Virus record (IMG/VR): IMGVR_UViG_3300028591_003923
Location: 1-64,000 of that record
DNA length: 64,000 bases
Source: a virus
Lineage: Duplodnaviria > Caudoviricetes
Strand: one strand, 5' to 3'
The translations under genes and the position numbers were made by a program. Shown one piece after another: positions 33,586-41,932 of the stretch (within the stretch, counting starts at the first letter, position 1; each line of letters opens with the position of its first letter). Under the pieces are notes generated by a model. That model was not told the DNA's origin and did not search any database. It saw only the letters and a list, made by a program, of their open reading frames with translations.

Positions 33586-33623
33586 GCGGGCGGCTTTCGT
33601 ACTCACTTCCTTTCGCCGCCCGC
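33586..33623 (+). ncRNA. Hairpin displaying an anti-Shine-Dalgarno loop
   Basis: 9-bp stem gcgggcggc/gccgcccgc; loop tttcgtactcacttcctttc. Confidence 0.55.
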
Positions 33624-33641
33624 GCACTACCAAGTGTAATC

Positions 33642-34229
33642 GTGCCACCAGTACGACCTGGTGAGAGTCTCAAGCCTCTGCAAAACGAGAGAGCACAGGT
33701 TAAAAAGTTAATGGTTGTGTCAAATGCAAAGAGTGCGTTATTGACTGCGGGTTAAAGGTGAGTCGTTATCACCTGAACAGCTGAGCAGAGAGGGAAATAA
33801 TCAAAGGCCAAAAGAAATACCTCGGAAGTACAGTAAAGGCACATTTACCGAAAGAGCTGTGGACGTTAACTTCTGTGAAAGGTTGGGCTGAGTGTATGAG
33901 AAAAGCTCTTGGTCCACCGTTGAATTTACCGACGTGTACCTTGAATTCTAGCTTCTATGGCGGCGGCTAGATGTGAGGATAGGTAGGTTTGACAGCTGTC
34001 ATGAATTAGGGCGAGTTACGGGCCTACAATACCGGACTGGGTGCGGGTAACATTAACCCGTCGTGCGCAAGCAATGTTAGAGCTGCCAAAGCGGTGGAAT
34101 CCGTTCGTTAGGAAGTTACGAGAGACATTCCCGTTGACGTTGCGATAGAGTCCGTGAGGTGGAACGATAGACCGCCCCTGTGTACACAACAGATGGTCTT
34201 GGGGAACACCTTTCCCCAACCAATGGCAC
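33642..34229 (+). ncRNA. Unassigned large structured RNA, about 590 nt
   Basis: No plus-strand ORF, raised GC, many helices, ends pair (GTGCCA 33642-47 with TGGCAC 34224-29), downstream of strong promoters. Confidence 0.6.
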
Positions 34230-34279
34230 CAATAGGAGTCGCCTTCACGCGGCGGTGCTGTTTCTACTGAGAACTCCTT

Positions 34280-34939
34280 ACAATTTCATAAATAAATATA
34301 CTACTTGAACTCAGTGTAGAGATGCTAAACTAGTATCGCTGAGGCGCAGGCTGACAGAGTTACCCAGGACTACGAAACAAGGATACTTGCGGATAGTTGG
34401 CTGTGGAAGCGGGGCGACCCGTGGAAAGAAGACCTGGAAGGTCAACGGCTGAAAGATGTACAGTGCGGCGCTTCGGTTATCGCAGATAAAGGTAGCATGT
34501 GGGTCGGGGATGTAATAGACGCTCCTGTGGAGAAGAATCCAAGTTAGGGACTTAGCTGGTGACTGCGTTCACACCTTGGAAATACCAATAAATTCCTTTG
34601 CCGTGAAGCGGTGAGAACCGTGTATAAGACCTGCGTGTCGCGTACGAGTAGCACAAATGGCAAGACTTGGACAGAAGGAAAATTGTACAAGTGTAATAGG
34701 TTATACACTCTTATTCTAATCCGTACAGTGTGTGAAAGTTAAAGGTAGACATTCCTTTATGGACTAATGGCTCTGCGGAGTAGTCGCTAGGGAACGGCGG
34801 CAGTAACAGTAGTTCCTGGTTATTGAGGACGGGACTTGCAACCCCGTACATGGCAGTAACTATCCATTGACTGAATATATCTGAAGGTAGCTAGAAGTAA
34901 GATGAAAGTCTCTTGTTGTATATTTATTTATGAAATTGT
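34280..34939 (+). ncRNA. Large structured RNA, about 660 nt, ROOL-like
   Basis: Perfect 22-bp closing helix (34280-34301 with 34918-34939), no ORF; size and phage/tRNA context fit ROOL. Family call is from recollection only. Confidence 0.6.
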
Positions 34940-34961
34940 TTTTTAAAGAATGGAGGCTTAT

Positions 34962-35246
34962 ATGAAAAAGGTTTATGTAAATGAGTACAATGGCGATGCA
35001 TACGAATCTGCAGAAGATTGCCTAAAGTCAGAAGAAGAATACAAAATTGAACGAGAGAAAGCTGCAGCAGCTGCCGCTAGGAAAGCAGAGTATGATGCAA
35101 GAGTAGATGCAGCTTATGATAAGGCTGAGGAAGCTTTAAATGAATATATTAGAGTACTTTCAGAAGAAACACCAATTGACGTTGATAGAGTGATGCTTGA
35201 AATGATAGCTAATGTACTGTTTAGAAAGGACGAGGACGATGACTAA
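34962..35246 (+). CDS. Hypothetical coiled-coil protein
   Basis: ggagg RBS; CLKSE followed by helical run. Confidence 0.65.
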   Translation: MKKVYVNEYNGDAYESAEDCLKSEEEYKIEREKAAAAAARKAEYDARVDAAYDKAEEALNEYIRVLSEETPIDVDRVMLEMIANVLFRKDEDDD

Positions 35247-35452
35247 AGAAGAAAAGTTGCGGGTACTTAAGTTCCGTTTACATATAATTAAGGAGCGTGG
35301 CAAATCACTTGAATCTCCAGGTGTAATGCACAAGCTCGAAAGACAGATAAGAAATCTTGAGGGGTAGTCACTGACTATCCTTCTTTTTTTTAAATTTGAT
35401 TTTTCCTTAAATTTCTGATATAATTGTTTTAGAAAAAAGAAAGGAGAAAACA

Positions 35453-35860
35453 ATGAATCATTTATATTTGAAGAAAATAAATGCAGATAAGATATACGCT
35501 GCAGAAATGGATGAAAAAGAAACAGCATTAGACCCGCGCAATGTAATTTGGAAGTATCAGCGCGCCATCTACGGTTTTGATGACAGAGAAACCTGGGGAT
35601 TGGACAGCTGTTTTTATGCTTGGCTTTATGAGCATATAAAAATGTATTTAGACAAAGCAAGTAAGATTGTTAATTTAGATTTTCATAAGTTTGAATATAA
35701 TGAAGAAACTTACACACAGAAAGAACTGTTAGAACAGATTTGTGAAATAATTGAGTATTATTTTTCTGACAGCTTTGATGACTGTAGTGAAGAAGATTAT
35801 GAATATGTGCATAATGTAGAAAGGATGTGGGCAGTAGTGATGCCTGCAATGTGGTGGTAG
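35453..35860 (+). CDS. Hypothetical phage protein (GFDDRETWGLD..MWW family)
   Basis: RBS and promoter upstream; conserved-looking motifs. Confidence 0.7.
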   Translation: MNHLYLKKINADKIYAAEMDEKETALDPRNVIWKYQRAIYGFDDRETWGLDSCFYAWLYEHIKMYLDKASKIVNLDFHKFEYNEETYTQKELLEQICEIIEYYFSDSFDDCSEEDYEYVHNVERMWAVVMPAMWW

Positions 35861-35863
35861 ACT

Positions 35864-36649
35864 ATGATTTTTTGCACTGGAGATACTCATCAAGGATATG
35901 ATATAGCTAAACTTAAATGCTTTGCCCAAGAGGGTGGAAAAGACTTAACCAAAAACGATTATGTAATTGTTTGTGGTGACTTTGGCTTACTTTGGAACTA
36001 CCGAGAAACAGGCGAGTATATGCCATCTAATCCCGCAGATGCTCACTGGACACGGCGCGAGCGCGAACTTTATGATTGGTATAATGAGTTGCCTTGGACT
36101 ACACTTTTCGTCTCGGGGAACCATGAGTGCTTTGATAGACTCGATAGCTATCCAATTATTGAATGGCACGGCGGCCGAGTGCAAAGAATCAGTGATTCTA
36201 TTATCCATTTAATGCGTGGTGAAATATTTGAGCTTGAGGGTAAGACGATACTAACTTTCGGCGGCGCGCAGAGTACGGATAGAGGAACGATTACTCATAC
36301 TGAAGACTTTGACGAACATAGGATATGGTGGAGACAGGAAATTCCTTCAACTGTTGAATACAATCATGCAGTAGATAATTTAAAAAAACATAATAATAAA
36401 GTAGATTATATAATAACACATGATTGTCCATTTGACATAAAGCAAGTAATTTACGCTACTACTTTTGACAGTTATGGTAATACAAATGCTAATGCAGTAT
36501 CAGCGATGATTAATTCATGGCTTTATACGGTAGACTTTACTCATTGGTACTGCGGTCACCTACATATGGATAGAGATGTAAGAAATGTTAGTGTTTTATA
36601 TCAAGATATAGTTCCATTAGTACAGGAGGATATGTATGAATCTATTTAA
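35864..36649 (+). CDS. Calcineurin-like metallophosphoesterase
   Basis: GDTH, GDFG, GNHE, THDCP, GHLH. Confidence 0.9.
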   Translation: MIFCTGDTHQGYDIAKLKCFAQEGGKDLTKNDYVIVCGDFGLLWNYRETGEYMPSNPADAHWTRRERELYDWYNELPWTTLFVSGNHECFDRLDSYPIIEWHGGRVQRISDSIIHLMRGEIFELEGKTILTFGGAQSTDRGTITHTEDFDEHRIWWRQEIPSTVEYNHAVDNLKKHNNKVDYIITHDCPFDIKQVIYATTFDSYGNTNANAVSAMINSWLYTVDFTHWYCGHLHMDRDVRNVSVLYQDIVPLVQEDMYESI

Positions 36650-36992
36650 GGAAACGGATGAAGTATTGGATGAAGAGGGATACGACTGGTCTGATGTTAG
36701 ATGGGTTGGTTCACCTGATATAAAATTTCCTACTGTTAATGAATTTATAAAAGTAGCTAAAGCTACTGAGTACGATGATGGATATGGCGCGCAAGAAATA
36801 CCATTTGACTTAGTTATAATGCTTAAAGATGGTACGTGGCTTGAACGTGAAGAATATGATGGTTCTGAATGGTGGGTTTATATGCATAAACCTACAGAGC
36901 CTTCTACGGTAATGAGTAAAATTGACCGATTAACCGATAATTCATGTATGTGGGAATCACTTATAGATTTTTATAAGCGTCAGCTTAGTTAG
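36636..36992 (+). CDS. Hypothetical phage protein
   Basis: YDDGYGAQE..REEYDGSEWW motifs. Confidence 0.7.
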   Translation: MNLFKETDEVLDEEGYDWSDVRWVGSPDIKFPTVNEFIKVAKATEYDDGYGAQEIPFDLVIMLKDGTWLEREEYDGSEWWVYMHKPTEPSTVMSKIDRLTDNSCMWESLIDFYKRQLS

Positions 36993-37884
36993 GAGAGAAA
37001 AATGTGGTTTTTAGTTGCATTTTTAATATCAATACCATTTATAATTTATTGGCTTTATACAAATGTAGACGACCATCATTGGCCTAAGGGTGGCGGTCCG
37101 AGCTGCTTTGTTTAGGAGGCGTGCATGAGTCCAGAATTGAAATATCAGAAAGACGTAATTAGTTGGTTAACTGATAAATGGGACGTATATCTTGATGTAT
37201 GCGCTCATTTTGGGATACCTACGGGTTGTACTTTAGGTGCAGGACCTTCATGGGAAGAGATTTTACAGTACTTAACTGACAGAGGTTTAATAGCTGAATA
37301 TGAAAAGGAACAGGAGGAGAAAGCTAATGCCAGACATTAAAATGCATATTGCTAATCTTGCTGCACAGGCAAATGAAGCCATTAATAAATATGGCAGACT
37401 TGAAATGTGTAGGATAAAAAATATAATTGTTTGTGAAGATGGCCACTTACACTATGTGAAGCCACCAGAGGAATTGAATAAAGAACTGGAGCTTCAGAAA
37501 ACTAAAGTCAATATGTTATTGACTGAAATCGCGCAGGCAGTTAAGGAGAGAGATAGTGCAGAAGTTGTTGATGATGAGTAATGTGCCGGAGTATGGACTA
37601 TGTCAGCCGGTAGGTGCGCTTAATTTAGTTGTTCATTTACCAGGTCAGGCTTTTACAATTGCCGATTGGCCTCTCGTAGAAGGCGCGCCGGTGCAGGTCG
37701 TCGGAAATCAGGCGAATGAGATTCCTGTGTTTTATCTTGGACAGAGAACAGTAGATAGCGTTGAAGTTCAGAACAATACGGTTCATTTAAGTAAGCAAGT
37801 AGAGTACAAGATAATAAGCTAATTTGAAATTATCTTAAATTTCATATATAATATATATAGAAAATGAAAGAAAGGAGAAATAAA

Positions 37885-38181
37885 ATGGTTACTTTAAAAG
37901 ATACGTTTGAGGAAGTCGGTTCAGAAGAGTATGGACCGTGGCAGTATAAGGCTGTTGTTTACGACGAAGACGAGAAAGAGCGGAGAATTCATAAAGGAAT
38001 TTGTTTTGGTACAGACTATGCTTCAGCCGCAAAGAAAGTAGAGTCGTATTTTCAGACGGATTTAATAAGTTTAACGCTTTACCCACTTGAACCGTTTCCG
38101 ATTTATGATTTTACAGATGCATATGAATCTGAGTGGGATTTATTTACTATAACTACATGTGATAAACAAAATAAATTTTGA
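37885..38181 (+). CDS. Hypothetical protein
   Basis: aaggag RBS and own promoter. Confidence 0.6.
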   Translation: MVTLKDTFEEVGSEEYGPWQYKAVVYDEDEKERRIHKGICFGTDYASAAKKVESYFQTDLISLTLYPLEPFPIYDFTDAYESEWDLFTITTCDKQNKF

Positions 38182-38206
38182 CTAAATAATAAATTTTTGA
38201 TATAAT
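38178..38206 (+). promoter_or_regulatory. sigma-A promoter of the tRNA/ncRNA operon
   Basis: TTGACT-17-TATAAT. Confidence 0.8.
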
Positions 38207-38380
38207 ATATATGTAAGTTGAGAAAGGAAGAGAAAAAAACAGAGTAAACGCCGTTCTCAAGGACTTGAAATCGTACTCGTCTCAACTAATTATAAATACC
38301 TCCATTTAAAAAAGTCTGAACTAACATGAAATGGAGTGAAACCACATACCTGAGCATGTATTAAAACCGCTCACTAAGTG

Positions 38381-38507
38381 CCGGAATATAGTTTATGGGG
38401 AGAGAATATCGCTGTCCGTCGCAAGAGCCGTTGCGCATCGGTTTAATATACACTTGTCATCTTGCATAGGAGAGCGAAGAGACGGGTTCGACTCCCGTTG
38501 TTCCGGA
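38381..38507 (+). ncRNA. tRNA-like RNA with about 59 nt in place of the 7-nt anticodon loop
   Basis: Acceptor ccggaata/tgttccgg, D-arm, tcgct/agcga stem, T-arm acggg-ttcgact-cccgt. Confidence 0.7.
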
Positions 38508-38513
38508 AGCTTT

Positions 38514-38587
38514 AGGCGGTTATCATAACAGTAGTGAGCCTGGCTTTGACCCAGGATGCGCAGGGGCGGCACCTGCACCGCCTGCCA
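38514..38587 (+). tRNA. tRNA-Gln(UUG), atypical T-loop
   Basis: cctgg-ct-TTG-ac-ccagg; acceptor aggcggt/accgcct; CCA; T-loop ggcggca. Confidence 0.8.
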
Positions 38588-38593
38588 AATTAT

Positions 38594-38670
38594 GCGGAAT
38601 TAGCTCAGTTGGGATGAGCGCTAGTCTTACAAACTAGAGGTCACTGGTTCGATCCCAGTATTCCGTACCA
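38594..38670 (+). tRNA. tRNA-Val(UAC)
   Basis: ctagt-ct-TAC-aa-actag; ttcgatc T-loop; CCA. Confidence 0.92.
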
Positions 38671-38780
38671 TTCAGGTCGGCAGCCTACCTTGTCCGCGGA
38701 ATTTAAAAAGACGCTGCTGCTTTGTAAGTACAATGCTAAAAACTTTCTGTTTGGACCTTGGCGTCAAAGGTCCCATATGT

Positions 38781-38857
38781 GGCGGCATAGTGCAGTCGGT
38801 TAACACGTCAGCTTTTCATGCTGAAGATGCGCGGTTCGAATCCGCGTGCCGTTACCA
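38781..38857 (+). tRNA. tRNA-Glu(UUC)
   Basis: tcagc-tt-TTC-at-gctga; ttcgaat; CCA. Confidence 0.92.
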
Positions 38858-39079
38858 CAAGGAAGCAGGGTTCGTCCCCTTAAAACGCTCGCCGCTAAAG
38901 GAGCCAGATGATGCTGTGGGAACCTTGGGCATTGGAAGAATGTAAACTGTTTAAGGGCACGTGAAAGATAAATAATAAGGCGTTATAGTAGTGAGAATAG
39001 GGAATTGCGGAGCCTTATACGAAGAACGAAGGTAGCTACTAAGTACCCGTCGTGCGAGGTACTAACAGTTTATATATAT

Positions 39080-39155
39080 GGGTTGATAGCTCAGTTGGTA
39101 GAGCGCCGCACTGTTAATGCGGATGTCCTAGGTTCAAGTCCTAGTCTTCCCGCCA
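39080..39155 (+). tRNA. tRNA-Asn(GUU)
   Basis: ccgca-ct-GTT-aa-tgcgg; CCA; two U.U mismatches in the acceptor stem. Confidence 0.88.
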
Positions 39156-39258
39156 CTGCTCATCGGCATACCCCTTTTAGAGGTGTGCTTATGGTCGGGA
39201 TGGAGACCTAAAACCCATTCCAATTGGTCGGAGCGGAGACCTAAAACCCGCTCAATAT

Positions 39259-39334
39259 GTCTCGGTCGTTCAACGGTTTAGGATGATAGCCTGTCACGCT
39301 ATTGATTGGAGTTCGATTCTCCATCGAGACGCCA
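39259..39334 (+). tRNA. tRNA-Asp(GUC)
   Basis: atagc-ct-GTC-ac-gctat; G73; CCA. Confidence 0.9.
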
Positions 39335-39337
39335 TAT

Positions 39338-39408
39338 GTCCACATAACTCAATGGTAGAGAAACGCCAGTTAACGGCGGATATAAGGGTTCAAGTCCCTT
39401 TGTGGGCA
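39338..39408 (+). tRNA. Aberrant tRNA; central loop triplet UUA, no U33, no CCA
   Basis: Acceptor gtccaca/tgtgggc, anticodon arm acgcc-agTTAac-ggcgg, T-arm aaggg-ttcaagt-ccctt. Confidence 0.6.
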
Positions 39409-39619
39409 AGCAGAAGATACTGCTTAATCAAATCGGAGGTATGGCAAGAGTATCAGAGTCCTCGTTTAAGAAAATTCATACTCATTTTCTCATACCTGCA
39501 GCAAAACGGGGTTACGCAGATGTGCGGTTGGCCGACCTTAAGGCACGGTTTATAAACCTATTATTTCCTCCAGTTCGGTAGCATCGTCGCGGAGGTAAAC
39601 CTAAGCTACCAATTTATTT

Positions 39620-39693
39620 GCGCCGCGAGCCTGACGGACGGGCGACGGACCGCAACTCCGTGAAACTTGGTTCGACTCCAAGGTGGCGCTCCA
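39620..39693 (+). tRNA. tRNA-Cys(GCA)
   Basis: acgga-cc-GCA-ac-tccgt; U73; CCA. Confidence 0.85.
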
Positions 39694-39713
39694 GTTAAAG
39701 AAAGGATAAACTA

Positions 39714-39992
39714 ATGGCTCAGTTGTTTAAAGTAGAAGAATGGCAAGGTGGTTCAGGCTTATGGTGGGTAGCTGATACGCACACATGGACTGGCTGGCGC
39801 GCCATAGCGGAAGACTTAGACGTTGACCGCAATGGTTTAATAGAGTTGCTTAGAACAAAGTATGGAGCTACGGTTTACGATGAAAAGAAATTCTTTTTCT
39901 TTTTTGAGAAATATAAAAATGCACATCAGTTTAAACTTGATGTGAATAGAATTGCTAGACATAAACAGTTAATGGTAGAAAAGCAATTTTGA
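39714..39992 (+). CDS. Hypothetical protein inside the tRNA cluster
   Basis: aaagga RBS; 92 aa. Confidence 0.7.
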   Translation: MAQLFKVEEWQGGSGLWWVADTHTWTGWRAIAEDLDVDRNGLIELLRTKYGATVYDEKKFFFFFEKYKNAHQFKLDVNRIARHKQLMVEKQF

Positions 39993-39995
39993 CGT

Positions 39996-40069
39996 CGCAG
40001 GGTGCAACTAAAGGTAGGTTGGCGTGGCTCATAACCACGATCGTGCAGGTTCGACTCCTGTCCCTGCAA
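39996..40069 (+). tRNA. tRNA-Met(CAU), initiator-like
   Basis: C1:A72 mismatch; cgtgg-ct-CAT-aa-ccacg; no encoded CCA. Confidence 0.85.
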
Positions 40070-40416
40070 TTTAAAGGTCGAAAACCTACGACCACCGTTA
40101 ACACGGATTCATCTACTAAACTACCACCGGCACATCAGATAAGTATGTGATATGTGGCTTGCGGAAAACGGGATATAAAGAAGCGAAGTAAGTAGATTCC
40201 TTTCTTATGGAGGAACTGTTAATGCAAAAAATTTGGGAAACGAATATCAAATGGATGCAGAAAATTGACGACTTATTAGGCCAAGCCGATGAATCAAACA
40301 AATACACTGAACTGCTCGCGCAGCTTAGTCAATATCTATGGGATTCTGCAGACCAACTTAGACATAAAGAAGTTGAAATAGACCAATTAATTCAAACACT
40401 TTCAAAGCTTCCTTAA

Positions 40417-40493
40417 GGGGGTATAACGGTTTCGAGCGGCGTTAAGTCCGAAGTGACCTCGTCGTGAAGTGGGTTCGACTCCCACTACTTCCA
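40417..40493 (+). ncRNA. Minimal tmRNA-like RNA (tRNA-like domain only)
   Basis: 5' GGGGGTATAACGGTTTCGA; acceptor with G3.U70 and A73; short P2 gcggcg/cgtcgt; T-arm gtggg-ttcgact-cccac. Confidence 0.7.
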
Positions 40494-40927
40494 TTGTCAG
40501 TGGTGTAACGTATGCGGCGCCCGCGCTAAATACGTAGGGATTATCTTATGGGAAGGGATAAGATGGGCGCAGTTGACTTTAAACAGTCGGTAGGTTGTGA
40601 CGAATAGGAACTGCGTAAGTCGTCGGAGAGGTCCTGCCTTAGTGGACGATTTATAAGTCCGCACGTTGGATTGTTCCCGCAGCAAGAGGTAGACGACCCA
40701 TCTACAACTTTTCCGTGCGGTTATTGAACTGTAATAAAGGCTTGGGTAAGAGGACCCTGTAAGTAGTTGATAGTGGAACAATAACCTTTGATTTAATGAG
40801 TTAACTTAAGTTAGCTTTAGATGGGAGTCTTGAACAGGCTATTAGACTTAATACTCGGCCGTGGAGCGCGCATTACAAATCCCATCTTTTATGCGCGAGT
40901 GGTGGAATAGGCAGACACGAGGGACTT

Positions 40928-41693
40928 AAGTAATTTGAGCACTTGGGTTGGAAACTCCTAAGTGAATGCTGGCTAACTCGGAAGAAACCCCAATGGGGCG
41001 ATTCCGAACTAAATTTTTCCTTTTAGGAATACAAAAGGTAGAGCTTCCCTCTAGTTTTCCTACTTATATATAGAAAGGGAAAATGGAGGAACAAAAATGA
41101 AACAGTATACTAAAGAATGGTTAAGTGAATTATGTGCTGAAAGTTATTCGTATTCAGAAGTTTTAAGAAAGGCGGGTCGCAAGCCTGGCGGCGGTGCTAA
41201 TGAAACTTTAAAGAAAAAAATCTTAGAATATGGAATTGATACTTCGCATTTTACTGGACAGGCATGGACAAAAGCTCCAACTTATACGGCGCGGCCTGGT
41301 AGTAAAGAAAAATATTCACTTGAAGAAGTATTTAAAGAGCATAGTACCGTTTCACAAAAAGTATTGCGTGGTTATGTAGAAAGACATAATGTAATACCTT
41401 ATAAATGTGCAATTTGTGGATGTGATGGTAACTGGCAAGGTAGTACTATTGCTTTAGAACTTGACCATATTGATGGCAATAATACCAATGACGTAGTATC
41501 TAATTTACGTTATTTGTGTCCTAATTGCCATGCATTAACTGCAACATACCGTGGTAGAAATAAAGGGAAAATAAATGCGTAGAGACTATACACCAGCCTC
41601 CTAAGGATTGTGGCTTCAAGCGGCCGCAATCTACGGAGAAGAAATAGTCCAGACCACAACATTTTTATGGCTATGGTAACATAGTGTGGTAAG
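40928..41693 (+). mobile_element. Group I intron after U34 of tRNA-Leu(UAA)
   Basis: Exon ends in U and intron ends in G; P3 gctgg/ccagc; P7 gacta/tagtc (R agagactata, S gaaatagtcc). Confidence 0.88.
41097..41582 (+). CDS. Intron-encoded HNH homing endonuclease
   Basis: CAICG..LELDHIDGNN..NLRYLCPNCH. Confidence 0.9.
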   Translation: MKQYTKEWLSELCAESYSYSEVLRKAGRKPGGGANETLKKKILEYGIDTSHFTGQAWTKAPTYTARPGSKEKYSLEEVFKEHSTVSQKVLRGYVERHNVIPYKCAICGCDGNWQGSTIALELDHIDGNNTNDVVSNLRYLCPNCHALTATYRGRNKGKINA

Positions 41694-41858
41694 AAAATCC
41701 CTTGGCCGTTAGGTCGTGAGGGTTCAAGTCCCTCCTTGCGCACCACATATAGGGAGTAGAGTAACGGCGCCCCTTCTAATCCATATGATTTGCCTAATAT
41801 GGAAAAGAAAAGAATTGGGATATGGCAATTATCTAATAATTCACACCGCGAATCCCCT

Positions 41859-41932
41859 ATCAGCTTGGTGTAACGATAGCACAGCAGTCTCCAAAACTGC
41901 GAGTCAGGGTTTGAATCCTTGGGCTGGTGCCA
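41859..41932 (+). tRNA. tRNA-Trp(CCA)
   Basis: gcagt-ct-CCA-aa-actgc; CCA end. Confidence 0.88.

Larger units (their letters stand above)
40893..41745 (+). tRNA. tRNA-Leu(UAA), exons 40893-40927 and 41694-41745
   Basis: Spliced arm aggga-ctTAAaa-tccct, long variable arm, acceptor gcgcgag/cttgcgc, CCA. Confidence 0.9.

Noticed and set aside
33642-34939. Group II intron or rRNA fragment
   Set aside because: No GUGYG start with domain V, no interrupted host gene, and no recognisable rRNA signature.
38393-39555. ORF-track entries across the tRNA cluster (38393, 38733, 39005, 39283)
   Set aside because: They overlap clear tRNA genes and lack RBS or coding character; the same applies to 41716-42006.
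40417-40890. Complete one-piece or permuted two-piece tmRNA
   Set aside because: 5' and 3' ends are in normal order only 77 nt apart, and no tag reading frame was found nearby.
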